From Vicugna vicugna (Eukaryota), in NCBI GenBank assembly GCA_013265495.1, contig MU058444.1, forward strand, positions 1,240,001 through 1,304,000: a DNA stretch of 64,000 nucleotides. The letters run 5' to 3'. Of the stretch, positions 1 through 11,801 are shown one piece after another. Position 1 is the first letter of the stretch. Every line of letters starts with the position of its first letter. The notes beneath the pieces were generated by a model. That model had not been told where the DNA came from. It ran no database searches and worked only from the letters and a program-made list of their open reading frames with translations. The translations under genes and the position numbers were made by a program.

Positions 1-1178
1 GTTCCAGGAGGAGCATCAAATACAGAGGCTAACATGCTCCAGGCAGCTGAAATATGAAATACCAAGGGCATCCAAGTAGGCAGAGGGGCCAAACGCAAAG
101 GACAGCCGTGACAAGAAAGCAAAACCCAAGGGGCGATGGATCTGCATAAAGTTGGGAGGTAGGTTCGGGGCAGAGCACACACAGCATTGCAGACTAACCA
201 GGCTTAGGATTTGGGTTGAGGATTCTATCATGAGAGCAACAGAAAGCCTTAACAAAATGTAGGGTAGTAGAGATACAATCAGATTTCTATTTCAGAAAGG
301 CAATCAAAAACAGGATGGAGGGCACTCAGAAGGGCTACCCACTCCTGGCAGGAGACTACCATTGGATGGAAACTTGGATTTAAAAAGGCATAATGGTGAT
401 TCTCCCCTACCTACTGCCTTCAGAATACTGGAATTTCTTAACAGTCAGATTGAGGAGGAGGCGACAAGCTAAGAGGTTGGAGGAAATTCCTAAGGGAATG
501 CAAGGGCTACAGGAATCAGGAAGCAGGGAACAGTCACCATCTCCAACGTCTGCTGAGATGTCCAGATGAGGATTGAATATGATCTCGCATTTCTTGCCCC
601 AAGTGCCAAGCAGTTATCTTACAAAGAGGGATTTCAGCTGAGAGGATGGTCTAGACGTCATCTTGGAGGGCAGTGGAAAGTTGGTGGCACATGGAGAGAG
701 GGACCTCCCCCCCACTGCTGCAGACAGACCTCTGAAGGAGGTTCAGACGTGATAGGATGGAGGGAGACGGTCCAAAAACTAGACAGGAATGCTGACTTAA
801 GGAAGGAAGTTTCCAGATGACAGAGGCTTGGACATGTTCAAGGTTAATGGGAGGAGTCTGCTGTTGCATACATTGGGGGGAGGGGGTAATTAAAGGGAAG
901 GGTTAGGGGCTTGAATACAGGGAATAGACTTTGCAATAGTCATTTCGGAGAGCGAGACAGGGAGCTGGCCACACAGTGTCGTGGAACAGCACAGAAAGCC
1001 CAGGTGAGGTCGCTGGTCATGAATTCCTGACGCTTCCAATCCACCTGGTGCATGACTTCTTTTGAAGCAACACCCCAGGCACCGTGGAGCAGGAGTAGAG
1101 AGCCCGAGGCTGTGTGCGTGGTGCATCTAGAGGTGGTGCGAGGCACAAGGCTGGAAAGCAAGGGCTCGCGGGTGTAGG

Positions 1179-1351
1179 CAGAGTTGGATTCAGGTTCTGG
1201 GGAGCCTGCAGTTTCACAACTTTGGAAATGCTCTTTAAGAAAAGAACATATAATTGGGAATACAAAATAATAGCAGAGACTTTAAAGGGTCCCACACCAG
1301 CAAAGGACTACAAAGCTTAAGCTTCCTCATTCTATAGTACATCTGCCTCTG
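1179..1351 (+). mobile_element. MER53-like hAT DNA-transposon MITE
   Basis: Imperfect terminal inverted repeats cagagttggat...atctgcctctg; internal ctctttaagaaaagaa and aagcttaagcttc match the recalled MER53 consensus. Confidence 0.65.
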
Positions 1352-2190
1352 CGTGCAAACGCCTGCTTCGTTGATAGACCACGGGGTAGCTATCATTTGA
1401 AAAATCTGCTGTTCAAATAAATGCACGGAAGACGAATGGCTTTAGCCAACCTGAGAGTTCCTTCTGCCTTCATTTTGAGCTTCTCACAACGCCTTCTTCA
1501 CAGATTCAGAAGCACATTACTAAGCTTATAAAAATTAACCTTAACAACAGGTGCACACTAACATGCTACATGATGTACAAATGAGTTTTTGAGCATCCAA
1601 CCCAATCTCAAAGACCAAGAGTTTTGTACTCATTGGCATCAATTAAGAAACAGGAACAGGGAGTAGAAAATGAACTTCACTAAGCAGGTCCTTCATGACT
1701 ACCATCTATTGCTGTGAAACTGCCATGGAGTAACAGCAACTTAGCAGGCTCTCGGCAGTGAGAGCTACGGGATCTTGAAGGAACACACACAAGTGCCAAC
1801 GTACGCAGGAGACAACAAGGGAGGCCACCTGAGCACCCAAGGAGAAGTTCAAGTGTGTGTACCAGCTGCCCTGGCAGCACTCTGACGGAAGGTGAAAAGG
1901 TCACTCAGTGTGCTCTACCCACATGAAGACAAAAGAGATGCTTTTATTCGCTCCAACTTTGAGCACCCAAAGGATAAGACTCGAATGTTAACTCTGATCA
2001 GTGATAGTCAACATATAGGTCTTGAGTGTTAAAATAAAACTATTCACCAAGTGAGCCAACGTGTCTTCCAATACACAGTTCTCCATAGTCTTTGTGGTGC
2101 AGATGCAATTCGTGGGAAGAAAAATAGCCCACTTTTTAAAATAATAGACATCATTTTACCATGAACTAGAAAACTGGATGAAGCTCTTAC

Positions 2191-2254
2191 TTCAGTCACT
2201 TTCTGTGGCGTGACGCTTCCTTCACACGGGCATCCCAAGGCACAAGATACGTAC
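2191..2254 (-). CDS. HMGCLL1: HMGCLL1 coding exon (approx. exon 6), 64 bp: (G)YVSCALGCPCEGSVTPQKVTE
   Basis: Lies within ORF 2044..2355(-). Acceptor tcacctttag|G, donor GAA|gtaaga, phase 2/0; its first base completes the Gly codon begun in the previous exon. Confidence 0.96.
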
Positions 2255-2440
2255 CTAAAGGTGAAACAGACAGCCGTGTAAGTATCTGTACAGTGGGTAA
2301 GCCATTTCCTAATTTCCATTTTATAAAAATGAAGAAATGGCCAAAACGTCATCAAGAAAATTGACTTTACTCTGTCCTTTCATTATTATCGTATTCTCAG
2401 GCCAAACAAAAACCATTTGAAACATTTTCAACTTATCTCA

Positions 2441-3116
2441 TTTTTTATAAAATTGAAGTATAGTTGGTTTACAATGTTGGGTCAGTTTCTGGTGTACAGC
2501 ATCATGTTTCAATCATACATGTACATATACAGATTTCTTTTCATATTCTTTTTCATTATACATTACTACAGGATATTGAATACAGTTCCCTGTGCTGTAC
2601 AGTAGAAACTTGTTTATCTATTTTATATATATTAGTATCTGCACATCTCCAACTTCCAGTTTATCCCTTCCCACCCCCTTTTATCCCTGGTAACTATAGG
2701 TTTGTTTTTTATGTCTGTGAGTCTGTTTCTGTTTTGTAATTAAGTTCCTTTGTGTCTTTTTTTTTTTTTTAGATTCCCCATGAATATCATATGGTATTTT
2801 TCCTTATCTTTCTGGCTTACTTCACTTAGAATAATGAACTCCAGGTTCATCCACGTTGCTGAAAATGGTATTATTTTATTCCTTTTATGACTAAGTAGTA
2901 TTCCATTGTATAAACACACCACAACTTCTTTATCTAATCATCTGTTGATGGACATCTAGGTTGTTTCCATGTCTTGGCTGTTGTAAATAGTGCTGCTATG
3001 AACACTGGAGTGCATATGCCTTTTCAAATTAGAGTTCCCTCCAGATATATGCCCAGGAGTGGGATTGCTGGATCATATGGTAAGTCTATTTTTCGTTTTT
3101 GAGTAATCTCCATACT
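2441..3116 (-). mobile_element. LINE-1 3' fragment (ORF2 C-terminus plus 3'UTR), sense to HMGCLL1
   Basis: Reverse complement of a typical laurasiatherian L1 3' end (tacttcaat tail, gctgtacaccagaaactgac, gcaacgtggatgaacctggag, atatgatccagcaatcccactcctgggcata). Confidence 0.9.
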
Positions 3117-4031
3117 TCAATTCAACTCATTTTAATTTTTCTAAGAATTATGATGCTATATGTATTATTTGATGGCAGATGGGAGTAAGGTAAGTGTTTA
3201 TCTTGTGGGGTTGCTTATACTATAGCAATGGATGAATATTCAAAGCAGAAAATATCAGTGAAATATACTGTTGTTTTTTTAAATAAGTATCTATATTCAA
3301 CTGTGAAATCTCCAGGTCTTTAAAATCACAGAGAGAGACCATGTAGATGACTAACTGAATTTCTCTCTTCACGTCCATCTGGCTGTTTTGGCCCCATGTA
3401 GACACAGCCATTAATCACCCCCAAACCCCTAGAACTGGCCACAACTTCAAAGTTCATCTTGTTTATCTCTCGTGGATGTACCTAAATCACCCCAAACAGA
3501 AGAGCATCTAGTCTGTGTTTAAAAGGCTCCCAAGACAGATATTTCACAAGCTTCCTCTTCAATTTACTCCAATATTAAAAAGTCAAGCCTTTCCTGCAAG
3601 GACAATGATGCATTTCCATCTTAAAGTATTCAGCTTTTGAAAAAGTTTGCTTTAGTTATTTTCAGCTCAACACCGATCCCAATTTATTTAACTTTTCTCA
3701 GAGATTTTACAACACCTATATTAAAATCATGCACCGTTGAGTCTTATTGTCAGGAATGAAGCAATTTGCATGAGGGAGAGAGGGATGCTGGAAAGGAGAC
3801 TAGGGATCAGTTCTTTGGGCCAGAATATGACAGCCTTAGCGAGCAAGCCCCTTGCATGCTATACCATGGAGCTTAAATACTGAGCTCACTCAAAATTATT
3901 TTGAGACATTCATAATCACTCAGTGAGGCAGTGACAAGATCAGATTTGCTTTCCAGAAATGTCACCCTTTGCGAACTCCAGAAGTGGCTGTCAAAGGAAA
4001 GATGGAGGCAAAAACATGAGCAGAACTACTA

Positions 4032-4220
4032 CTGAGTTTCCTTGATTTTAAGATGCTGTCAATTGGAAGACACTCTATGAATTTCACAACAGTTTCTGGA
4101 GTAAAAACTTAAAATATACATTCAGTAGCTCAACGCATAACCATTGATCCTAAAGATGTAACCTGATTTCAAAAGTATTAGAATGTGAGTAAAAGTTAGG
4201 TTTCGGAATTAAAATAACTA
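4032..4220. mobile_element. Old Tc1/mariner-type MITE (MER104-like)
   Basis: Degenerate ends resembling ccgtatttc..gattctaagatgc and cttagaatc..aaatacgg; family assignment is from recall and weak. Confidence 0.4.
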
Positions 4221-4325
4221 AGCAGTTCCATTCAGCCATAAAGCAGTTATGAGCACAGAGAAGGAGAAAAAGAGGATAAATTCAAGTAAAATTTGAAAGC
4301 CGTGCTGAACAGGAAACCCATCTCT

Positions 4326-4757
4326 TGATGAGTTTCTTGAGAAGCATTTTTTTTTTCGGTCTCTCATAAAATGAATGGCTTTTTCAATAAATTGGTGGGT
4401 TTAAAATTTAGTTGCTTTTTTACATAAAGTTTGTGCCTTTCCTAGAAGTTTAAGATGTAAACGTATTCTCACGTGTGAATTTGAAAATTCAAGAGCCTGT
4501 TATGAGATGATACACATTTTTTTAACAAACGGTAATTTCTTCAATAAGTTGTTTGCCTTCTGAAGTGTTTACACCTTAAGCCTTAACATAAAATTTCAAT
4601 CAGAAAAGGGTTATGTTGTCATATCATAATAGGAAGAAAATCTCTATTGGAGTATATATACACTTCTGTAAGACTGCATGCATCATGTTCCTAAAACCTG
4701 TCTTTGTTTAAGAAAGTCTGGATTACATAAATCATATTTAGAAAAACAAAACAAAAC
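4326..4757 (+). pseudogene. Candidate retroposed mRNA 3'UTR fragment (non-coding retrocopy)
   Basis: About 430 bp of AT-rich sequence resembling no repeat I recognise, ending in an A-rich tail (gaaaaacaaaacaaaac). Flanked by a 12-bp direct repeat with 1 mismatch: aaacccatctct 4314-4325 and aaatccatctct 4758-4769. Confidence 0.55.
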
Positions 4758-5386
4758 AAATCCATCTCTCTCCTCTTCCAATTATATAATCTGAGCTTAA
4801 TGTTGGAATAATTTGTATAAATCTAATCAAGATACGTGAAAAGAAAATGTTCTTAATTGGACACAGCACTGGAGAAGGTGGCTAGGGATGAAAACGGATA
4901 AATATTTTCACTTCAGATACAATGATTATAGATAACATGTTGCAAATAGAATGCATTTACTCTGAACTCCAAATATCTAAATGTGATTAAAAAAGGAAAT
5001 TCAAGCCATCCATTTGCATGTTGCCCCTCCTAATGTGAAAACCAAAAAAAGGCAAACAAACAAACAAAAACCCAATAACAAATGTAAGACATGGTTGAAT
5101 AAGCATATCTCTCCTGCATTCTCTTAAACTGGAACGTGAAAACTTGGCCCCAGCTACCCCTTTATGCCATGACCCCAACTCTCCACGTGCATTTTCACTC
5201 GCTCAAGTTCCCCATCTGAATCCTTCCCAGGCCTATGATCTGCCAGGTCTTCACTCTCCACTGCATCTTTATTTTCATGTGCTCTCTTCCACCCTTTTTT
5301 AACCTGTTCATGCATGGGGCTACTTTTCTCCCAAGGGAACACGATGGTTCTCAGCTAGGTTCATTGACTAATTTACCACTCTGGAG

Positions 5387-5598
5387 CAGAGGCTGGCCAG
5401 CTACGGCCCATGGGCCAAATCCTGCTCATCATTCTTTTGCAAATAAAATTTTATCGGAACAAAGCCAGGCCCATCTGTTCACCTATTATCCATGGCTATT
5501 CTGCACTATCCCAGCAGAGCTGAGTAGCTGCATCAAAGACCCACGAAGCCTAAAGCATTACTGTCTGGCTCTTTATAGAAAAAGCCTGTCAATGGCTG
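5387..5598 (+). mobile_element. MER58A hAT-Charlie MITE
   Basis: ctacggcccatgggccaaatcc...ttttgcaaataaaattttatcggaac...gagctgagtagctgc...aagcctaaa..ttactgtctggctctttatagaaaaag is collinear with the recalled MER58A consensus. Confidence 0.85.
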
Positions 5599-5723
5599 GT
5601 AAAAAGCGAGGCATATTCATGAGTATGAGAAGCCCTCTGTCATGAAGAAAACACGCTGCAAACTCTGCTTTGACTAGTGGCGAAAGTCAAGTTTCTAGAC
5701 TTCTCTTCTCTAATAATCCATTA

Positions 5724-5890
5724 CAGTCGTTCTCAACCCTGGCTGTCTGGAGCTTAAAAAACAAAAGATACCAATGGTTAGAGCACACTCCACACCAATT
5801 AAATCAGAAACTTGGGGAACAGACTCTAAGCACTGACATATTAAAATAATTTTCATAGTTTCATTACGCTACCAAAATTGAAAACCATGC
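5724..5890. mobile_element. MER5-family hAT-Charlie MITE
   Basis: Ends cagtcgttctcaaccctggctg and ttgaaaaccatg; internal accaattaaatcagaa. Confidence 0.65.
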
Positions 5891-6149
5891 AACTATTAGC
5901 AAGACTTCCTTACTTGGATCATTTGATTGATGCCTGTATGTAAAAGTGAAACTACACAGACATGAGAGTATCTAATCTCAGCAACGTCCTCACTGCTGCC
6001 CCAAAGCCTCTACCTTTGATTGGACCCATGACATTCACAGCATTTATCCATTTTTAACTGACTGGTGGTTAAATTTCTCAGACTTATCCCAAATAGTCTG
6101 CATTCTGCCTAAGCCCCAGCCTGCAGTGTCTCCGTTTATTTTTTCATTT

Positions 6150-7100
6150 CATTCCTTACTCCTGATTCATTGTCCTTTTCACTGAACTATATCCTTTAGT
6201 AATTCTTTCAGCAAGGGTCGAATTTTGCAGACTATTTTGTCAACCAACGGTTTTATCTCACCCTTATTAATTTATAATAGTTTGGCTAGGTATAGAATTC
6301 TAGGTTGACAGGGTTTTGTTTTGTTTTGTTTTGCTTGTTTGTTTGGTTTAGTTTTGTCATTTTAAACATATTATTTCACTCTCTCCAGGTCTCAGTTTTT
6401 GCTGATGAGTATTTTGCTGTCTAATGATAATACTTTCAAAGCAATTTTATAGTCATTTTCCTCTCATGTTTTAGGACTATTTGTTTACATCTAATATTCT
6501 GTCTTTTACCATAAGTATGTCAGGACTTGCTATATTCCTTCAATATTGACATTAATGCTTTTCTTTTTTTCAAGGTACTGGTTCATCAAACCTATCTCTG
6601 AAATATATTTTTCCTGTTTCCTCTTTCTGGGAATTCTATTAGGCATTGTCTCTTCATCTCACTGTCAAAATTTCTATTATCTTTCTGTGCTTCATTAGAG
6701 CAATTTCTTCAAATCCTACTTTCAGACCACTAATCTCCTTTTCAACTGTAATACGCTGTTCAATGCAATTACTTCTTTTATTAACACGTCTTTTTCATTT
6801 CCATTTCTTTTTGTCAAATCTTCATTCTTTTTTTTCATAAAGCCCTGTTCTTTTATTGCGTTCTTCCTTTGCCTCTATAAATATTTTAAGGGTTAATTTA
6901 CAATCTCTTTTTCAGATTATTCTATTTGCCTACTTTTCTGCTAAAGTCCTTCTGCTTTTTCTTTCTTTTTTTTTTCTTTTTTGCTAATTTGTCTTAGGGT
7001 AGTTCGTTTTCTCATGTGGTCTGTAATCTGTACATTTTACATGGTGATTTTAGTTTTTCTAGATGTTCCATGAGAAGCCTGAGTTATTTAAATGTTCTTA
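6150..7100 (-). mobile_element. Ancient L1M/L1ME-type remnant (ORF1 region); boundaries approximate
   Basis: T-rich degenerate tract with the typical tagtttggctaggtatagaattctaggttgacag segment. Confidence 0.55.
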
Positions 7101-7712
7101 TAAAGGAGATCTAATTTCGTTTTTCCCTTGTCTTGCAGACTTTACCAGTTCCCAGACAGATTTCTACCTTCATTTCTCAATTTGGGTTTCCACAATCCTC
7201 ATATGTCATAAATCCACAACCCACAACACTGGCACAGGTTTCAATGACTTTGCATTGGCAGGGAGGTGATTCCAGACTCCAAGAAGAGTCAACTCTAAAT
7301 CCAAGCATTAGCAGAACATGTATCTTTTCCTGTGTACACTTTAAAAATCCCATTTCCAAGCCACCAGGGATTATACCTGGAATAGATACCCCCATGTTGC
7401 AGTGGCATCAACCAGCATTCTTACCACATGTTCCTGATGAAATCCGGGGACTTCCTCTCCTGAGCTTGGCTGTATGTTTTACAAGTTGCTGTATTTATGC
7501 GTTCGTAATGGGACCAGAAAAGGGGTCTCTGCATCAGCTCAGTCCCTCATAGTCTCTTTATTTCTCTCTCATTATTACACAGATAATTCCAGAAAGACAA
7601 CTCCCAATCTCCCTGTGAACATTACAAATTGATTGACTGTTTGACACATTCACAGGGCATATTAACTAAGCTCAGTATATTCCATTCTGGTTTCCCCTAC
7701 ACTTGCCATCTT

Positions 7713-7780
7713 GATATAAAATAGACAAAAAACACGGACCTACTATATAGCACAGGAAACTGTATTCAAAAAAAAAAAAA
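7713..7780 (+). mobile_element. Short L1 3'UTR fragment with A-tail
   Basis: atataaaatagacaaaaaacacggacctactatatagcacaggaaactgtattc followed by a poly(A) run. Confidence 0.7.
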
Positions 7781-10700
7781 GGACTGTAATTTTCAGCTGC
7801 TAAATCACCTGAAGGTCACCTTTGAGAACATATTCATTAATACTCCCCGACAGCCTCTACAGCCTGTGAGCTCTGCCAGTGCCAACCCACGTGGTGGACA
7901 GAACGGTGCCTGAGTGCCCCCTCCAGGACAGCGCAGACATCTCCTACATGCTCTCCCGGCCTCTGGTCTCGTGCCATTCACTCACTCGTTTGACACCCAT
8001 GTCTACCACCAAAATAATATTCCTAGAGCATAGATCTGATTGCCTATCTTTCGACTCTGAAAAATCTTTAACGGCTTGCCGTTGTCTATTGAGTAAACTT
8101 GGTGCTCGAGTTCAGCAATGTCTGAAACCTCCTCTACTTTCCACCTCTCTTCATCGCACAGCCTCAAAAGCTCCTACTGTGGTAACTGTGAACTTTCTCG
8201 TGTTACCCAAACATTTCTAGAGATTTCTCTTCACTATGCCTTTGCTCTTGGAAGATTTCCTGCCTTGCCTGAAAAGGTCATTATTTCAGCTTGTGTTTCC
8301 GTATTTTTACCCATCTGTAATAACTTCCCTTTATGGACATCTTCTCTATGAAGTTTCTACAAATCATGCCACAGAAACTTCATACAGCATCACCTTGTGC
8401 TTTAATAGAATTTATTTGTATCTCTTTTAGAGTACTTGGCTTCTGTGATCACAGAACCATTATTTGTATACCTTTTACTTCCCCAGCCTGCTGGAAACTC
8501 TTTGAAGTTAGGCTACTTGCTCATTTTCATATTCCACTTAACATCACAATACAGGGCATTACATAAAGCAATTAACAGCTCTTGAATGAATCAGTGCAGA
8601 AGAGATTAGTGAACATGTCATTTTTAACCTCCTGGAAAATTTTCTTTGAAATTCCTAATCTTTACAATAAATGGATAGCCAGACCTAAGTTATTAATGTT
8701 CTCAATTCTGTAGCCAGGATGACAGCACATATTTGGGAGTTCACACCTGGAGCCCTGTTTTAAACATTATTTACGATAACAGAGTAATAAAGGAATCACC
8801 AACCATATTGAAGCCAATTGTACCAAAATCAACAAAAAGCACAGTGGTACGATAAACTCTGGGTAGAAATGTCAGTTGTTTTATTTTTATTCGTACTTGC
8901 TGAGGCCATTTATTAATACTGTGCAAAAAAAAAAAAAAAGGTGAAGCATTCAAGTCTTTAACGACTTCACCTAGCTGAACCAAATCATGAAAAATCACCT
9001 ACAGTCAGGCTGTACCCTGGCCACCTTCCCACAATTTGCCCAATTTCCTCCAATCAATCAGGCAAAAGGAAACCAAGAGGATAAGTAAAGACCTTGACTA
9101 AATGCCACAGACACTTGGAGTGGACAGAGTCAACTGCTGCTATCCTCAGAAGAGAGAAACAATGCCAAGGGTGATGAGATGGCACCTGATGTCAATTACA
9201 GGTAATGAAGACATTTAAATAGAGGAGTGGGTTTGATGCCCTCGTGCAAAATATATCAACCCATGAACAATGCAAGATAACATTCCGTTACGAACAAGCC
9301 AATTAAAAATAAATTTTGAGAGCCTATTATGCACTTTTCACCATGGATGATGTAAGAAAAAATGACTGTCTTTTGGTCTCAACAGGCAATTCTGCTAAAA
9401 TTCTCCTTTGGCTCTAAAATGTGACTTTCATGAGAAATGACAAAACACCTTTTTTCCTCAAAAGCTCTCCACGAAGCCTACTTAGACGTGACTGCACAAA
9501 CACAGCTCTTGCTGGGTACGTGTTATCCTGCCACACAGCAATGACAGAGTAATACACAAGGTTAGGAAAAGTATAACTCAAAGAAGCCATATGTATAAAA
9601 GGAAAGAATTTTCACAGGTGTCTCATTTTTAGAGTTTCCTGGGCCACATTTTGGTAGATGATGGTTTGAATTGCTCTTCCAGACCAATGCAAAAGCCTCA
9701 GCTCAACGGTAGTAGTTGGAAAGGAACGTTGACCAGTAAGCTGTCCACTTATAAAAAGATGGTACCATGTGGGCCAGTGAACTCCACTGGGGTAGACCAT
9801 CCAATGGAAAGTATCCACGTCATCACCATGGAAACACTGCCTGCTCATCACTGTGTGTTTAAAACACAGGCTTATGCAGGGAGGCTCACTTTCTCACTCA
9901 GTAAGGCTGCTGTGACACGATCAGGGTCCACAGTGACATTCTGCACGAGGCAGGGGATGTTCTGGCTAACAAACAAGTAGGTTGCAGGTTCTTGAAGAAA
10001 TGTGTTGAGAGAGAACCTCTCTCTCAAAGGGAACACTAGTGAAAACTGATCATTTTTAGAAAGACTGCCCTTGCTTCACAGCAGTTAGAAATAATTGCCA
10101 TTTTAAAGGCTAGAAAGCCCATGGAGCTAGGCCCCCAGTCAAAAAATCATTACGCACAGGAAGGATTTCCTAACATTGGACATCTTTCATCTGAAAAACT
10201 GGTCACTAATATAAATGATACAATTTTATTCAGTAGCGTTAAAACACCGATCAGGTTTCCATGGGTTTTGAGTAGGAAGAAAACAGGTGAGGAGGGAAGG
10301 AGTAAATGAAGAGATGTATGAAATCCACCCTCTCCATGCATTCTAGCTCCTCAAAAACCTGATTGCCATCTCCCCCGAAATACTGATAAATATTCATCAT
10401 CTTTTGTAAAGAATTTATGATGAAAGCAAATGTGACTGCATCCTAAAACTGTCTTTGTTTTTCCACACCTAAAAGTTACCCATGGTCGTCTACGTTGGCT
10501 TAATTACCGATTTGCCTTTTTTTTTCTTGTTCTCATGATTTTGCACCTCTACTTTTTCTGGGAATTTGAGAAGAAATTCAGCAGTTATGGTTTATAGTTA
10601 AATATTTTTGCACTTTGTATTTTTTTTTTTTTAACACTGGATGGCCAGTTTTGTTTGGCTCCTAGGAGAAAATGCTACAAATACACTTCTTTCAACTTTT

Positions 10701-11710
10701 GATAGGTTCAGACTTTCAGAAATTTAAGCATGGATCAAACCATTCTAGGCCACTTTAAAGATGAAACCGAAGATGTAAATGTGTAAAAACATTTTGCTTT
10801 GATATATACAACTGCTGACCTTGTGAATTTATAACATATTTATAAGCGTCTTAACAGTGAAATTAATAATAATTAGTAATAATCAATAATATCACCTTAT
10901 TGATAGTTTCCTTTTTAAATTCATAGTTTTGCAAAAAGAGCATGTGATTCTTGTGACTTCAGTAGAGAGAAGCTGATAGCCACTTCAAACAGAAAAGGAA
11001 TAAAATCTAAATATCTTATATGATATATTACAGCCCTACCTCACCTCTGAGGCATTTCAATTTCAAAAGGATCTTGACAAACCAGGAAATAATTCTTTCA
11101 ATAAATACCACTGATTAAAAAAAGAGAGAAAACGATTCCCTGTATAACAGGATTTTATTTGCCTTTTTCATGTTTTAAAAATTTAGGCGGATAAGGGAAA
11201 AATAACCTAGAGTTTTTAAACATGTGTTCTGAGAGTTACACATTAAAGAATGAAGTCCAAACTGTAGACGTTTCATTGCTCACTCACACTGTGCAGGTCT
11301 GTGCAGCTGACTCTGCATTTTTATGTCCACGACCTGGCCTGGCGTCTCTCCCCAATGTGTCCCAGATGTTATACAAAGTTCCGCACACGTATGAAAAATG
11401 TGCACATACGCATGTGCACGTGTGTGTTCGGGAGAGGAGAGGAAAGAACAAAAGCTTTCATAACTTTCATAAAGGCTGCTATTTAGACCATATGAAAGTT
11501 TACTATTCTTACAAAAGCTTAAATGGCTTTAGTGAGCATTTATAAAATGCGTCCCGGTATATGGCCTTCAGATCTGACAGCTGGCGACCTACGTTTTCTG
11601 AATGATGATCCCTGTCGATGCAGCTGTTGCCGTGATAAGACAAGCTGTAGCATCGACTTCGGTCTCGGTCGATTGCGAATGGTTCTTAAACAAGTACTAA
11701 TGACCTGCGA

Positions 11711-11801
11711 TTTTTTTTTTTTTTAATGGAGGTACTGGGGATCGAACCCAACACCTCATGCATGCTGAGCATGCGCTCTACCCCTGAGCTGGCCTCTCCC
11801 C
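11711..11801 (-). mobile_element. tRNA-Ala-derived SINE (Vic-1-type), short form
   Basis: Reverse complement of agctcaggggtagagcgcatgctcagcatgcatgagg...gttcgatccccagtacctccattaa plus poly(A). Confidence 0.85.

Noticed and set aside
11602..11700. Possible C/D-box snoRNA (ATGATGA at 11602-11608)
   Set aside because: On the strand opposite the host gene, with no downstream CTGA D box or terminal stem.
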